Positions 29,949 to 41,500 of a stretch of 64,000 bases of DNA are shown here, piece after piece. The position numbers and the translations under genes were made by a program. The stretch comes from an uncultured Holophagales bacterium (GTDB lineage Bacteria; Acidobacteriota; Thermoanaerobaculia; Multivoradales; UBA5704). The stretch covers positions 1,248,001 to 1,312,000 of the forward strand of contig CAWJGT010000009.1 in assembly GCA_963842525.1 (NCBI GenBank). Direction: 5' to 3'. Each line of letters begins with the position of its first letter. The stretch's first letter is position 1. The notes beneath the pieces were generated by a model. The model was not told the DNA's origin and made no database searches. It saw nothing but the letters and a program-made list of their open reading frames with translations.

Positions 29949-30183
29949 CGTGGCTCCTATCGTTGATGCGCCTGCCTCCAGGGCACGAAACGAGACAATT
30001 GTCTCATCCGGGACCTCTGCAGGCTAGATCCACAAGGAAGCACAACGTAGGTGAGCCCCCGATCGCAAGGCGTTTCTGATCGCTGGGGTGCGTCGATAAC
30101 CTTGATCCACAACCTGGCCACATAGACTTCCAGGTCATGTTTGACGAAGATCTGCCCACCGCTCGGCTCTTGTTTCGGTTCGC

Positions 30184-31227
30184 TCAAGGCTTGGGGCGCT
30201 TGAGTTTTTTCTTCTCTGGCAGTTTTTTCGCCTCATCTTCGAGCTGCTTGAAGGTGTCGGCCTCCGCCTCGGCTTCGAGTTGGGCACGGCGACGAGCAGC
30301 GAAGCGGTCATACTCCTGCTCTGCGATGGCGTCAGCCTGTTCGCGACTGACTTTGCCGGCGTCGGGCAGGATGGCGCGCTCGTTCAAGCGCAGGAAATCC
30401 TCGAGCCGGGTCTGCCAGGTGTGCAGGAAGATCTGCTTGCGCCGCCGGGCCTGGTCCTCGGCGAAATCGAGAAACATGACGACGATACGGTTCAGCTCGT
30501 TGATCTCGTCCTCGCGCAGGTAGTTCTTGGCCACGGTCACATCGGCCTTGCGGACCACGCCGCTCTTCCACGTTGTCAGCCCCATGTTGGGCTGGGCAGA
30601 GTCGGCCCGCTCGGCGATCAGCTCGGGCGCGGTCTTGCCGGTGGCGGCGAAGTGCAGCTTGTTCTGCACCGTTTGGAAGAAGACCTGCGTCTCCGGCTCG
30701 GAGGGCGAATAGTCGGCTGCCAGCGCAAGGATCTCCCGAACGCGCAGATACACCCGGCGCTCGCTGGCCCGGATGTCGCGGATGCGCTCCTGCAACTCGT
30801 CGAAGTAATCCGTATGTCCCTTGCCCGGCGGATTCTTGAGCCGCTCGTCGTCCAGCGTGAACCCCTTGACGAGATACTCGTTCAAGCGCGCCGTCGCCCA
30901 TTGGCGGAACTGGGTGCCGCGCGGAGACTTCACGCGGTAGCCCACGCCGATGACCACCTCCAGGTTGTAGTGTTGCGTCTCGTAGCTCTTGCCGTCTGCC
31001 GCAGTTATCCGGAATTTCCGGATAACTGCGGCCTCGGACAGCTCACCCTCCGCGAAGATGTTCTGAATGTGCTCGTTGATGGTGCGGACGTCTTTCCTGA
31101 ATAGCTCCGCCATCAGCTTTTGCGTGAGCCAGATGGTGTCATCTTCGAACCGGCACTGGATGCGCGTGCGGCCGTCTTCGGTCTGGTAGAGGATGATGCT
31201 GGTTTGCGGCGCTTCGTTGTCTGGCAT
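30184..31227 (-). CDS. rhuM: RhuM-family protein
   Basis: IWLTQKLMAELF, GYRVKSPRGTQFRQWAT, RIRDIRASE, VQNKLHFA, AKNYL. Confidence 0.92.
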   Translation of the reverse strand: MPDNEAPQTSIILYQTEDGRTRIQCRFEDDTIWLTQKLMAELFRKDVRTINEHIQNIFAEGELSEAAVIRKFRITAADGKSYETQHYNLEVVIGVGYRVKSPRGTQFRQWATARLNEYLVKGFTLDDERLKNPPGKGHTDYFDELQERIRDIRASERRVYLRVREILALAADYSPSEPETQVFFQTVQNKLHFAATGKTAPELIAERADSAQPNMGLTTWKSGVVRKADVTVAKNYLREDEINELNRIVVMFLDFAEDQARRRKQIFLHTWQTRLEDFLRLNERAILPDAGKVSREQADAIAEQEYDRFAARRRAQLEAEAEADTFKQLEDEAKKLPEKKKLKRPKP

Positions 31228-31335
31228 GGTCAAAGAATCCCCTGAATCTGGCCCGCCATGCGTTCCTTATAGGGGAGCTTTGTCCCGGCGTCAAGATATT
31301 TGGGAGGGTGTTGCCGGGTGGGGTGGGATCGGGGA

Positions 31336-34300
31336 CTACGCCGCCGGCCGCAGCTCTTCCTTCTTCGGCGCCAGCCGGCGGAAGGCGTCCTTGAGGCCCG
31401 CCACCCCGCGCAGGTCTTCGAAGATCGAATAGAAGACCGGGGTGGCGACCAGGGTCAGCAGCAGCGAGAGGGTCTGGCCGCCGATGACCACCACGGCGAT
31501 GGCGCGGCGCTCCTCGGCGCCCGGGCCGGTGCCGAGGGCGAGCGGCATCATGCCGGCCACCAGCGCGAGGGTGGTCATCAGGATCGGCCGCAGCCGGTCC
31601 CGGTTGGCCTGGAGGATGGCGGCGCCGCGCTCCATCCCTTTCGACCGCAGGCCGTTCATGTGGTCGATCTGCAGGATGGCGTTCTTCTTGACCACGCCGA
31701 AGAGGACCAGGACGCCCAAAGCGGAATAGAGGTTCAGCGTGTTGCCGGTCACCCACAACGAGAAGAAGGCGAAGGGGACGGACAGGGGCAGCGAGATGAG
31801 GATGGTCAGCGGGTGGACCAGGCTCTCGAACTGCGAGGCCAGGATCATGTACATGAAGGCGATCGACAGGGTCAGGGCGAAGAGGAACTCGCGGTAGGTC
31901 CGCGCCAGCTCCCGGCCGCGCCCACCCACGGATGTGGAATAACCCGGCGGCAGGTCCATCTCGGTCACTGCCTGCTGGAGGGCCTCCAGCCGGTCGGCCA
32001 GCGCGTAGCCGGGGCCGACGCCGGCGCGCAGGCTCACCTGCCGCTGCCGGTCGAGCCGGTCCACGCGCGAGGCGGTCGTCACCTCCCGCAGGGTCACCAG
32101 GCTGTCGAGGCGGACGAGCTTGCCGCTGGCGCTCGGCACGTAGAGGCGGCTGATCGCCCCGGGGTCGTTACGCTGTCCCTCGGCCAGCCGGAGCTCCACG
32201 TCGTAGTCGTCGTTGACGTCGGGATCGTGGAAGCGTGAGACCTCCGCGTCGCCGCCGACCATGAGACGCAGGGCGGTGGCGATGTCGGTCATCTGCACAC
32301 CCTGGTCGGCGGCGCGCGCGCGGTCGACCTGGACCTGGAGCTCCGGCTTGTCGAGCTTCAAGGTGGTGTCGGCGTCGACGATGCCGCCCAGCTCCTGGGA
32401 TTTCTCGCGGAGCTGGTTGGCGTAGGCATTGAGCCTCTGGAGGTCGGGGCCGCGCAGGGCGAAGTCGATGTCGTAGTTGCCGCCGCCGATGTTGAACGAC
32501 TGGACGTTGCGCACCGAGCTGCGGAGGTCCTCGAACTTGCGGAGGCGTCCCCGCACCTCGTTCATCACATCGGCCTGCGAGTAGTTGCCGCGGAAGGCGG
32601 ACAGAGGATCGAGGCGCAGCAGGCTGCGCACGATGCGGCCCGCCGAAAGCTTCCTCTCCTCGTGCGGCGCGATCTGGACGTAGGCGTTCCCCTGGTTGAC
32701 TCCGCCGAGGAACGAGCTGCCCGCTGTGGACAGCACGGTACGCACGCCGCGCACCTGCCGCAGCTCGGTCTCGACGGCCCGGATGGCCTCGTCCATCGCC
32801 GCCAGGCTGGTCCCCTCGGGGGCGTTGACGTTGACCTCGAACTCCGACTCGTCGACGCCGCTCGGCATGTATTCCATGCGCACGACGCGGTAGAGCGGAA
32901 CCGAGACGACGATCACCACCAGGCAGAGGAGAGCCACCCAGCGCCGGCGGACCAGGGCCGTGCGCAGCAGCCGCTCATAGAACCGGTCGAGCCGGGCGTA
33001 GAAGCCGGCGCGCGACTTCGGCGCCGGGCCGTGCTGGAGGGCGTCCGCGGAGCGCAGCAGGCGCGCGCTCATCATCGGCGTCAGGGTGAAGGAGACCAGC
33101 AGAGACACCAGCACCGCCGCCGCCGCCGTGATGCCGAACTGGAAGAGGAAGCGCCCCGAGATGCTCGACATGAACGACACCGGGACGAAGATCACCACCA
33201 GCGAGAACGTGGTCGCCAGCACCGCCATGCCGATCTCGGCGGTGGCCGCCCGCGCCGCCTCGAAGGTGGTCATCCGCTTCTCCTCGACGAAGCGGAAGAT
33301 GTTCTCCAGCACCACGATGGCGTCGTCGATCACCACGCCCACCATGAGCACCAGGGCCAGCATGGTGACGCTGTTCAAGGTGAAGTCCAGCGCCTTCATG
33401 ACGCCGAAGGTGGCGATCACCGAGGAGGGGATGGCCACGGCGGCGATGATCGTCGAGCGCCAGCTCCGCATGAAGGCGAACACCACGAGCGAGGCAAAGA
33501 TGCTGCCCAGGATCAGATGGATGTTGATCTCGTGGAGGGCCGCGTAGATGTAGCGCGACTGGTCGCGGATCACCTGAAGCTCCAGGTCGGCTGGGAGCTC
33601 GCCGCCGATCCGTCCCATGGCCTCCTTGGCCCCTTCGATCACCTCGACCGTATTCGCCCCCGACTGCCGGCGCACCTCCAGGGTGACCGTGGGCACGCCG
33701 TTCAGGCGGGCGAGCGAGCGCTGCTCCTTGGTGCCGTCCTCGGCCTGGCCGAGGTCGCGGATGCGTACCGGCTGGCCGTTGACCGTGCGCACCACGAGCT
33801 CGTTGAAGTCGCGGGCCTCGGCCACGCGGCCGAGGGTGCGCAGCGGCATCTCGCGCACCGCGCCGGTGACATTGCCGCCCGGCACGTCGCTGTTCTGGCG
33901 CACCAGGGCGTCGCGCACCGCGGTGATCGGGATCTGGTAGGCCTCCAGCCGGTCCGGATCGATCCAGACGTTGATCGCCCGCTCCAGACCGCCGACGAGC
34001 CGGACCTCGCCCACCCCGGGCGAGCGCTCGAGCTGCACCTTGACCACCTTGTCGGCGACCTCGGTCAGCTCCTTGAGCGACCGGTTGCCGGACAGGGCCA
34101 CGGTGAGCACCGGCGTGCTGTCGTTGTCGAACTTGGCCACGACCGGCGGCAGCGTGTCCTCCGGCAGGTCGCGGATCACGGTGGCGACGCGGTCGCGGAT
34201 GTCCTGCGCGGCAGAGTCGATGTCGCGATCGAGGTCGAAGGTGACGATCACGAAGGAGGTGCCGGCACCGGAGACGGAGCGCAGCTCCTGGATGCCTTCC

Positions 34301-34524
34301 ACCGTATTGACCGCCTCCTCGATCCGCTGCGAGACCTCGGTCTCGACCTCTTCAATCGAGGCGCCGGGCAGGGCGGTGCGGATCGAGACGGTGGGCAGGT
34401 CGACCGACGGGAAGCGGTCGACTCCCAGGCCGAAGTAGCTGGCCGAGCCGATCACGACCAGGGCCAGGATGATCATGGCCGCGAAGATGGGCCGGCGGAT
34501 ACAGATTTCGGCGAGCTTCTGCAT
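31336..34524 (-). CDS. RND efflux permease (AcrB/MdtBC family), paralogue 1
   Basis: Intact 1062-aa ORF with [13 protein letters not shown] and RLRPILMTT. Confidence 0.95.
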   Translation of the reverse strand: MQKLAEICIRRPIFAAMIILALVVIGSASYFGLGVDRFPSVDLPTVSIRTALPGASIEEVETEVSQRIEEAVNTVEGIQELRSVSGAGTSFVIVTFDLDRDIDSAAQDIRDRVATVIRDLPEDTLPPVVAKFDNDSTPVLTVALSGNRSLKELTEVADKVVKVQLERSPGVGEVRLVGGLERAINVWIDPDRLEAYQIPITAVRDALVRQNSDVPGGNVTGAVREMPLRTLGRVAEARDFNELVVRTVNGQPVRIRDLGQAEDGTKEQRSLARLNGVPTVTLEVRRQSGANTVEVIEGAKEAMGRIGGELPADLELQVIRDQSRYIYAALHEINIHLILGSIFASLVVFAFMRSWRSTIIAAVAIPSSVIATFGVMKALDFTLNSVTMLALVLMVGVVIDDAIVVLENIFRFVEEKRMTTFEAARAATAEIGMAVLATTFSLVVIFVPVSFMSSISGRFLFQFGITAAAAVLVSLLVSFTLTPMMSARLLRSADALQHGPAPKSRAGFYARLDRFYERLLRTALVRRRWVALLCLVVIVVSVPLYRVVRMEYMPSGVDESEFEVNVNAPEGTSLAAMDEAIRAVETELRQVRGVRTVLSTAGSSFLGGVNQGNAYVQIAPHEERKLSAGRIVRSLLRLDPLSAFRGNYSQADVMNEVRGRLRKFEDLRSSVRNVQSFNIGGGNYDIDFALRGPDLQRLNAYANQLREKSQELGGIVDADTTLKLDKPELQVQVDRARAADQGVQMTDIATALRLMVGGDAEVSRFHDPDVNDDYDVELRLAEGQRNDPGAISRLYVPSASGKLVRLDSLVTLREVTTASRVDRLDRQRQVSLRAGVGPGYALADRLEALQQAVTEMDLPPGYSTSVGGRGRELARTYREFLFALTLSIAFMYMILASQFESLVHPLTILISLPLSVPFAFFSLWVTGNTLNLYSALGVLVLFGVVKKNAILQIDHMNGLRSKGMERGAAILQANRDRLRPILMTTLALVAGMMPLALGTGPGAEERRAIAVVVIGGQTLSLLLTLVATPVFYSIFEDLRGVAGLKDAFRRLAPKKEELRPAA

Positions 34525-34539
34525 ACTCGACTCCTGAGC

Positions 34540-35754
34540 TTACGCCGCGATCCGGACCGACTGGCCGCCCACGAGGTTGCCGGGCTCGAGGACCACCCGG
34601 TCGCCGGCCGCGACCCCTTCGAGGATCTCGACCCGGTCGCCGGACCGCCGCCCGGTCCGCACCCTCTTCTCGACGACTTTCCCTGCCTCGACCGACATCA
34701 CCTTTTCAGTGCCGGCGAAGGTGATCACCGCGGCGGTGGGCACCAGCAGGGCCGGCTCGCCGGACTGCGTCACGATCTCGGCGCGGGCAAAGGCGCCGGG
34801 CCGCAGCCGGCCGTCCCGGTTCGGGACCTCGGCTTCCACCATGAGGGTGCGGTTGTCCTCGCTGATCGACGGGCTGATGCGGGCCACGCGGCCCTGGTGG
34901 GTTGCGGGATCGCCTTCGACATTCAGGCGGACCGTCTGCCCGGTCCGCACCGTGGCGGCCTCGCGCTCCGGCACCGCCAGGCGGAGGCGCAGAGGATGGA
35001 CCCGCACCAGCACCACAACCGGCTGGCCCGCGGCCACGTAGTCGCCGACGCCCGCCTGGCGCTCCCGGATCATGCCGTCGAAGGGAGCGACGAGCCGCGA
35101 GTCCGCCAGCCTTTGGCGGGCGATCTCCAGCTCCGAGGTGCGCTGGGCGAGGAGGTACTGGCGGCCGCGGGCGTCCTCGACCGCCTCCTGGTAGCGCGCG
35201 TCGGCCACCTGGAGGGCCGCCTCGGCGGCGTCCAGGTCGGAGCGGGGCACCAGCTCCTGGGAGAAGAGCGAGCCGACACGGTCGCGGGTGACCTGCGCCT
35301 GCTTGAGGTTGGCCGCGGCCTGCTTCACCACGGCGGTCTGCTCGGGAGCGAGGACCGTCTTGGGGTCGCCGGCCGCCAACCCGAGGCGGGCGCGCGCCTG
35401 GTCCAGGGCCGTCTGGGCCTGGACGATCTGCAGCTCGTAGTCGGTGGGCATCAGGCGGGCGAGGATCTGGCCGCGGTGCACGCGGTCCCCGAGGTCGACC
35501 AGCACGGCCTGGATCCGCCCCGGCACCTTCAGGCCCAGTTGGGCTTCCTCGTCGGCCGCCAGGGCGCCCGACACAACGACGGTGCGTGAGAGCTGGCCCG
35601 TCTCCGCCTGGGCCACCCGCACCTCGCGGGCTTCCTGCTCGCCGCCGCGCGCCTTGGCCTTGTCGGAGGCCGAGGCCTCCCGATCGTTGCCACACCCGGC
35701 CAGCAGGGCAGCGCCGCCGCAGGTCAGCAGCAGGACGACAAAAAACTTCCGCAG
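34540..35754 (-). CDS. RND periplasmic adaptor (MFP) lipoprotein
   Basis: LAGC lipobox, VDLGDRV, APFDGMI, LRPGAFAR. Confidence 0.9.
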   Translation of the reverse strand: MRKFFVVLLLTCGGAALLAGCGNDREASASDKAKARGGEQEAREVRVAQAETGQLSRTVVVSGALAADEEAQLGLKVPGRIQAVLVDLGDRVHRGQILARLMPTDYELQIVQAQTALDQARARLGLAAGDPKTVLAPEQTAVVKQAAANLKQAQVTRDRVGSLFSQELVPRSDLDAAEAALQVADARYQEAVEDARGRQYLLAQRTSELEIARQRLADSRLVAPFDGMIRERQAGVGDYVAAGQPVVVLVRVHPLRLRLAVPEREAATVRTGQTVRLNVEGDPATHQGRVARISPSISEDNRTLMVEAEVPNRDGRLRPGAFARAEIVTQSGEPALLVPTAAVITFAGTEKVMSVEAGKVVEKRVRTGRRSGDRVEILEGVAAGDRVVLEPGNLVGGQSVRIAA

Positions 35755-35834
35755 CATCCTATCCCCCTCGAAAGGTCCCCCCGGAAGGGACACGAAAAAT
35801 CTCCAGCTTCAAACGGACGCAGGCGGGAAGAGCT

Positions 35835-36587
35835 TCACCGCCCCTGTGCCTGCTTTGCCACCGCCTCCGCCGCCTTCCGCGCCGCCTCGGGATCCCCGAG
35901 GTAGCTGCTGCGGACCGGCTTCAGATCCTCGTCGAGCTCGTAGACCAGCGGGATGCCGGTCGGGATGTTCAGCTCCACGATCTCCTCCTCCGAGACGCCG
36001 TCCAGGTGCTTGACCAGCGCCCGCAGGCTGTTGCCGTGAGCGGCGATCAGGACCCGCTTGCCCGCCCGCAGGTCGGGGACGATCGTCCCGTGCCAGTAGG
36101 GGAGGAAGCGGGCCACGGTATCCGCGAGAGACTCGGCGAGCGGCAGCTCCGAGGGCGGCAGGTCTGCGTAGCGCCGGTCCCAGCCCGGCCAGCGCTGGTC
36201 GTCGGGCGTCAGGGGCGGGGGAGGGGTCGCATAGCTGCGCCGCCACACCTTGACCTGCTCGTCGCCGTACCGTGCCGCCGTCTCCGCCTTGTCGAGCCCC
36301 TGGAGCGCGCCGTAGTGGCGCTCGTTGAGCCGCCAACTCCGGATCACCGGGAGCCACATCAGATCCATGTCATCCATTACGAGCCAGAGTGTCCGGATGG
36401 CGCGCTTGAGGAGCGACGTATAGGCCACGTCGAACGTATAGCCCCCCTCGGTCAGCAGGCGTGCCGCCTCGTGAGCCTCCTCGATCCCCTGGGGCGAGAG
36501 GTCCACATCGGTCCAACCGGTGAATCGGTTCTCCAAATTCCAGGTGCTCTGGCCGTGCCGCAGCAGGACAAGCTTGATCGTCTCCAT
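35835..36587 (-). CDS. gpmA: 2,3-BPG-dependent phosphoglycerate mutase
   Basis: [30 protein letters not shown]. Confidence 0.97.
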   Translation of the reverse strand: METIKLVLLRHGQSTWNLENRFTGWTDVDLSPQGIEEAHEAARLLTEGGYTFDVAYTSLLKRAIRTLWLVMDDMDLMWLPVIRSWRLNERHYGALQGLDKAETAARYGDEQVKVWRRSYATPPPPLTPDDQRWPGWDRRYADLPPSELPLAESLADTVARFLPYWHGTIVPDLRAGKRVLIAAHGNSLRALVKHLDGVSEEEIVELNIPTGIPLVYELDEDLKPVRSSYLGDPEAARKAAEAVAKQAQGR

Positions 36588-36684
36588 GAAGCGCCAACCT
36601 CCCTTTCGGTTCCGGGGGGAGGATACAACGGGCGGCGTGCGCGGCTATCATGCGCGGGAACGACGCAACGGGAGGGTCGACGCA

Positions 36685-37311
36685 ATGAAGATCGCAGTGA
36701 TGGGAACCGGAAGCGTGGGGAGCGCCCTGGGGCGCGCCTTCACGAAGGCAGGCCACGAGGTGATGTTCGGAGTGCGGGACGCGGGCAAGCCGGAGGTCCG
36801 GAAGCTCGTCCAGGAGACCGGCGCGAAGGCGGGGCCGGTCAAGGAGGCGGCGGATTTCGGCGAGGCGGTGGCTCTCGCGGTCCCCTGGGGTGCGGTCCGC
36901 GGGCTGATCCAGGAGACGAACGCCCTCGACGGCAAGATCGTCCTCGACTGCATCAACCCGCTCAACGCCAGCTTCTCGGGGCTGGACACCGGCGACGCCA
37001 CCTCGGCGGCCGAGCAGATCGCGGCCTGGGCTCCCACTGCCCGGGTGGTCAAGATCTTCAACAACACCGGCGCCGGCAACATGGCGAGCCCGGGGTACCC
37101 CGAGGGCGCCGCGGCCATGTTCTACTGCGGCGATGATGCGGGAGCGAAGGATGCGGCGGCACAGCTCGCCAAGGACATCGGCTTCGACGCGGTCGACGCC
37201 GGACCGCTGAGCAACGCCTACCTGCTGGAGCACCTCGCCATGCTCTGGATCACCCTCGCCTACAAGGTCGGGATGGGGAAGGACTTCGCCCTGCGGCTGA
37301 TGCGGCGCTGA
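36685..37311 (+). CDS. NADPH-dependent F420 reductase-like NADP oxidoreductase
   Basis: GTGSVG, LAVPW, DCINP, VVKIFN, DAGPL. Confidence 0.88.
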   Translation: MKIAVMGTGSVGSALGRAFTKAGHEVMFGVRDAGKPEVRKLVQETGAKAGPVKEAADFGEAVALAVPWGAVRGLIQETNALDGKIVLDCINPLNASFSGLDTGDATSAAEQIAAWAPTARVVKIFNNTGAGNMASPGYPEGAAAMFYCGDDAGAKDAAAQLAKDIGFDAVDAGPLSNAYLLEHLAMLWITLAYKVGMGKDFALRLMRR

Positions 37312-37321
37312 GGGAGGACGC

Positions 37322-38506
37322 ATGACGACGCGGGCCGCATCCGTAGTTTTGCCCCTTGCCGTCCTTGTTGTCCTTTTTGTCCTTGCCGCCACCGCCGCCC
37401 CCACCGTGCCAACCGGCCGGATCGACCTCTCGTTCCCCGGCCGCGACCCGGGCCTGGCCTGGGACGGCGAGGGCCGCCTCCATGGCGTCTGGGTGGAGGA
37501 GGCCGGCGGGTCCAACAGGGTGGTCTACCGGCGCCTGGACACGCCGGCGTCCCGGCCGGTGGCCGTCTCGCCTCCCGGCGCGACGGTGAGCGCCCATGGC
37601 GAGGTCCCGCCCCTGGTGGCGGCCCTGCCGGACGGCGCGCTGGTGGTGGCCTACACCGTCTCGCTCCCCGGCAAGTGGCAGAACGAGATCCGGCTCCAGC
37701 GCTCCACGGACGGCGGGGCTACCTGGAGCGCGCCGGCGCCGCTGCGGGCCGGCGGCGACACCGGCTCCCACAGCGAGCTTGCCGGCGCCGTCACCTCCGA
37801 CGGCAGCCTCGTGCTGGCCTGGCTCGATGGGCGTGAGGGGAGCCGGGGGCTGCGGACCGCCCGCAGCCGCGACGGCGTGCGCTTCGAGACGGGCCGGACG
37901 CTGGACGGGAAGACGTGCGAGTGCTGCGGCAACGCCGTCCTCGCGGGCGCCGGCGGCGACGTCTGGGTGGTCTGGCGCGACGCCTCTCCGCAGGGGGACC
38001 GCGACTTCGCCGTGGCGCGCAGCCGCGACAAGGGGGTCACTTTTGGGGCGCCGCGCCCGCTTTCGGCCGACGGCTGGCGGATCGAAGCCTGCCCGCACAC
38101 CGGCGCCCGGCTGGCCCTCGGAAAGGACGGCAGCCTCTGGGCGACCTGGTTCACCGGCGCCGACCCAGGCATCTATGCCGCGAGGTCCACGGACGGCGGA
38201 GCCACCTTCGGACCGCGGCAGCGGATCGCCGCGCCGGCCGCGGGCATCCCGAGTGTGGCCCATCCCGAGATCGGGGTCCTGCCGGACGGACGGATCGCCG
38301 TGCTCTACGAGGCCCTCAGCGCCAACGGTGACCGCAACCTAAAGGCGCGGCTGCGCGCGCCAAACGGCGCCTGGGGGCCTCCGGCCGTCGTCGCCACCTC
38401 CGCCGTCTACCCGCGCCTCGCCGTGCGGGACGGCCGGTCCGCCGTCGCCTTCACCCGCAGGAAAGGCAATGGCACGGAGGTGGTGGTGAAACATTTCCCG
38501 CCCTGA
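37322..38506 (+). CDS. Secreted BNR/Asp-box (sialidase-like) protein
   Basis: Signal peptide; STDGGATW, SRDKGVTF and STDGGATF Asp-boxes; CECC and ACPH motifs. Confidence 0.8.
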   Translation: MTTRAASVVLPLAVLVVLFVLAATAAPTVPTGRIDLSFPGRDPGLAWDGEGRLHGVWVEEAGGSNRVVYRRLDTPASRPVAVSPPGATVSAHGEVPPLVAALPDGALVVAYTVSLPGKWQNEIRLQRSTDGGATWSAPAPLRAGGDTGSHSELAGAVTSDGSLVLAWLDGREGSRGLRTARSRDGVRFETGRTLDGKTCECCGNAVLAGAGGDVWVVWRDASPQGDRDFAVARSRDKGVTFGAPRPLSADGWRIEACPHTGARLALGKDGSLWATWFTGADPGIYAARSTDGGATFGPRQRIAAPAAGIPSVAHPEIGVLPDGRIAVLYEALSANGDRNLKARLRAPNGAWGPPAVVATSAVYPRLAVRDGRSAVAFTRRKGNGTEVVVKHFPP

Positions 38507-38591
38507 TGCCATTGCGGGGAGGGAGGCCTCTGACCATTCCGAAGATTCCGGCGAGCCGACGCCGTGGACGGAGCTGCTCGCCGCGGCGCGG

Positions 38592-41500
38592 CTACGCCGT
38601 CCGCCGCTCTTCGGGCTGGACGTCTTCCATCTCGACGGAGACGAGCTTCGAGACGCCCTTCTCTTCCATGGTCACGCCGTAGAGCGTGCCGGCCACCTCC
38701 ATCGTCAGCTTGTTGTGGGTGATGACGATGAACTGTGTCTGGTGGGCCATCTCGGCCAGCAGGTCCACGAAGCGGGTGGTGTTGATGTCGTCGAGCGGCG
38801 CGTCCACCTCGTCGAGGATGCAGAAGGGGGACGGCTTGCTGCGGAACAGTGCGAAGAGCAGGGCGATCGCCGTCAGCGCCTTCTCGCCGCCGGACATCAG
38901 CATCAGGTTCTGCAGCCGCTTGCCCGGCGGGCGGGCGAGGATCTCGATGCCGCTTTCGAGCGGGTCCTCGTCGTCGAGCAGGCGCATCTCGGCCTCGCCG
39001 CCGCGGAACAGGCGGGCGAAGGTCTCGCCGAAAGCCACGTTGACCTCCTGGAAGGTGGCGGCGAAGCGCTCGGCCGAGGCCTCGTTGATCTCGCGGATGG
39101 TCTTACGCAGGCTCTCGACCGAGGTGGCCACGTCGGTGCGCTGCTCGGTCAGGAACGTGAAGCGGGTCTCCTGCTCGTCGTGCTCCTGGACGGCCAGGAC
39201 GTTGACCGGGCCGAGGCGCTCCAGAGCGGCCTTGCAGCGGGCGAGCTCCGCTTCGTGCTCGGCCAGGTCCGTCTGCGCCTCGCCCGGCATCTCCGGCAGC
39301 GGACGCTGGAAGTCCTCCTGGAAGGTGAGGGAGAGGTGCTCGGCGTCCTGCCGCAGGCCGGCGTGGGCGACGCGCAGCTCTTCGATCTCGCTGCGCACGC
39401 CCTCGCGGCGGTCGCGGGTGGCCGCGATGCGCTCTTCCAGCCCGCGAATCTCCTGGCGGTGCATGTCGAGCCGCTCCTGCTCGTCGAGAACTCCCTCCTC
39501 GGCGGCGGCCCGCTGCTCCAGCGCGCGCTGCAGGTCGGCCTCGGCCTGCTCGATGGCGGCCTCCAACTCGCGGCGCCGCACGGCCAGCTTGTCGGCGTCC
39601 TCGCGCCAGATGGAGACCTGCCGCTGGCCGCGCTCGATCTCACCGCGCACCCTGCGCCTCTTCGCGGTCGTGCGACTCCAGCCGCTCTTCGAGCAGCTCC
39701 AACCGGCCGCGCCGTCCGGCGCTCTCGGTGCGCAGGGCCTCTCGGTGGCTCTTCGCGGCTTCGAGCTCGGCCTGGGCGCGATCGAACGCCTCCTGCAGGG
39801 CCGCATTGCGCTCTTCGGCGGCGGTCAGCTCCTCCTGGATCTGCAGGCGCCTTTCGTCGACCCGTGCGAGCTCGCGGGCCAGGGCCTCCTGCTCGCCGGT
39901 CAGGGTCTCCTGCTCGGCGGTGAGGCGGCGGTGGCGGGTCGACAGATCCTCGTGCCGGGCGCGGCCGACCGCCAGCTCCTGGCGAAGCTGTGAAATTTCG
40001 CCCTGGAGACGGTTCGACTCCCGGGCCAGGGCGGCGCGCTCGCCGACCAAGCGCTCGAGCTCGGTGCCGACCTCGCGGAGCTGCCTTTCGACCTCGGGGA
40101 TCGACTTCGCCAGCGCGGCCAGCTCGCTCTCGCGCTCCAGCACGCCCGGGGTCGCTACCTCGCCTTCGACGTGGAAGGTGCCGGCCTGCACCCAGACCCC
40201 TTCGCGGCTCAGGAAGGCGAAGCCGGGATGGAGCCCGGCGAGCCGCTCGGCATCGCGCGCGGAGCGGACCAGGAAGGCCGGCGGCAGGGCGGCGGCCAGA
40301 TCCTCGGACAGGCCGAGGGCCTCGCCCAGGGAGAGGACCACCGCCGGATCGTCCACCATGGGAACGGCGCCCTCGTCCGCAGCCATCGGCCGGCGCTCGA
40401 TCAGCGTCGCGGCCGAGCGGCCGGCAAGGGCCTGGGCAAGGCCAAGGGCGCTGGCGCCGGTGTCCAGGAGGACGGCGTCGGCGAGGCTCCCGAGATAGAC
40501 GTCGAGAGCGCGCTCCCACCCTTCGAGGGCGTGCGCCTGGCCGGCCAGGTAGACCGGCGTGGACAGGCCGGCCGCGGCCAGGGCCTTTTCCAGAGCCGCC
40601 CGACGCTGGGCATGGGCGCGCGAAAGCTCCTCCAGGATGCGCTGGCGCTGCCGGGCGCCGGAGAGGTGGTTCTCCAGACCGCGCTTGCGCTCGGTGGCCT
40701 CGGCCTCGCGGCGCATCGTTGTTTCGAGGGACTCGGCGACCCGCTCCTGCTCGTCGGTCTTCGTCTCCAGGGCGCTTTCTGTCGAACGCACCCGGGACTG
40801 CGACATCTCCAGCGCCTCGGCCGCCTGCTTCAGCTCGTGCGCGTGCTGCGCCAGCTCGCGGTCCAGGTGATGGCGGCGGAAGTTGCCGCGCTCCAGCTCG
40901 AGCTGGGCCTGCTGGGTGCGCTGGCGGAAGGTGTTGATCTCGTCGGCGGCGCCGAGGAGCTGGCCGCGCGTGGTCTCGACCCGCGCTGCCACCTGTTTCA
41001 GGTCCCGCTCGGCCGCGGCGATCTGCTGCTCGTCCTGGTCGACTGCGAACGCTGCCTGCTCGCGCTCGGCGGCCAGCTCGCGCCGCCGCTCCTCCAGGGA
41101 GGTGAGCACCTGCACGAAGGTCTCGATCTCCTGCTCCCGGCGGTCGGCCAGCGTCCGTCCCTCGGTCGCCCGTTCGGCGATCTCCTGGACTGTCTGGCGG
41201 TTGGCCTTGAGGAACTCCTGCCGGCCCTCGATGGTGGCGGCGAATTCAGACATCCGCTGGTGGCGCTCGGCCATGTGGCGCGCCAGCTCGTCGAGCCGCT
41301 CGCGGCCGGCCACCAGGGCCGCCTCGTCGCGGTGCAGGTCGGCCGCGAGCCCCGCCTCGCGGGTTCCCGCCTCCTCGATCCGCGCCCGCAGCTCGGCAAG
41401 GCGGGCGGAGAGCGAGCTCCAGCGGCCGAGGAGGACCTGCTCCAGGAGCTGCCGGTACTCGACCTCCTTCTCCTGGTAGCGCCGGGCCGCGCTCGCCTGG

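Noticed and set aside
21405-35589. Long plus-strand ORFs 21405..24206 and 32662..35589
   Set aside because: Antisense shadows of the RND and MFP genes.
20987-35754. RND system as the dedicated exporter of the RiPP
   Set aside because: Opposite strand, separated by unrelated genes, and a generic family; no evidence of linkage.
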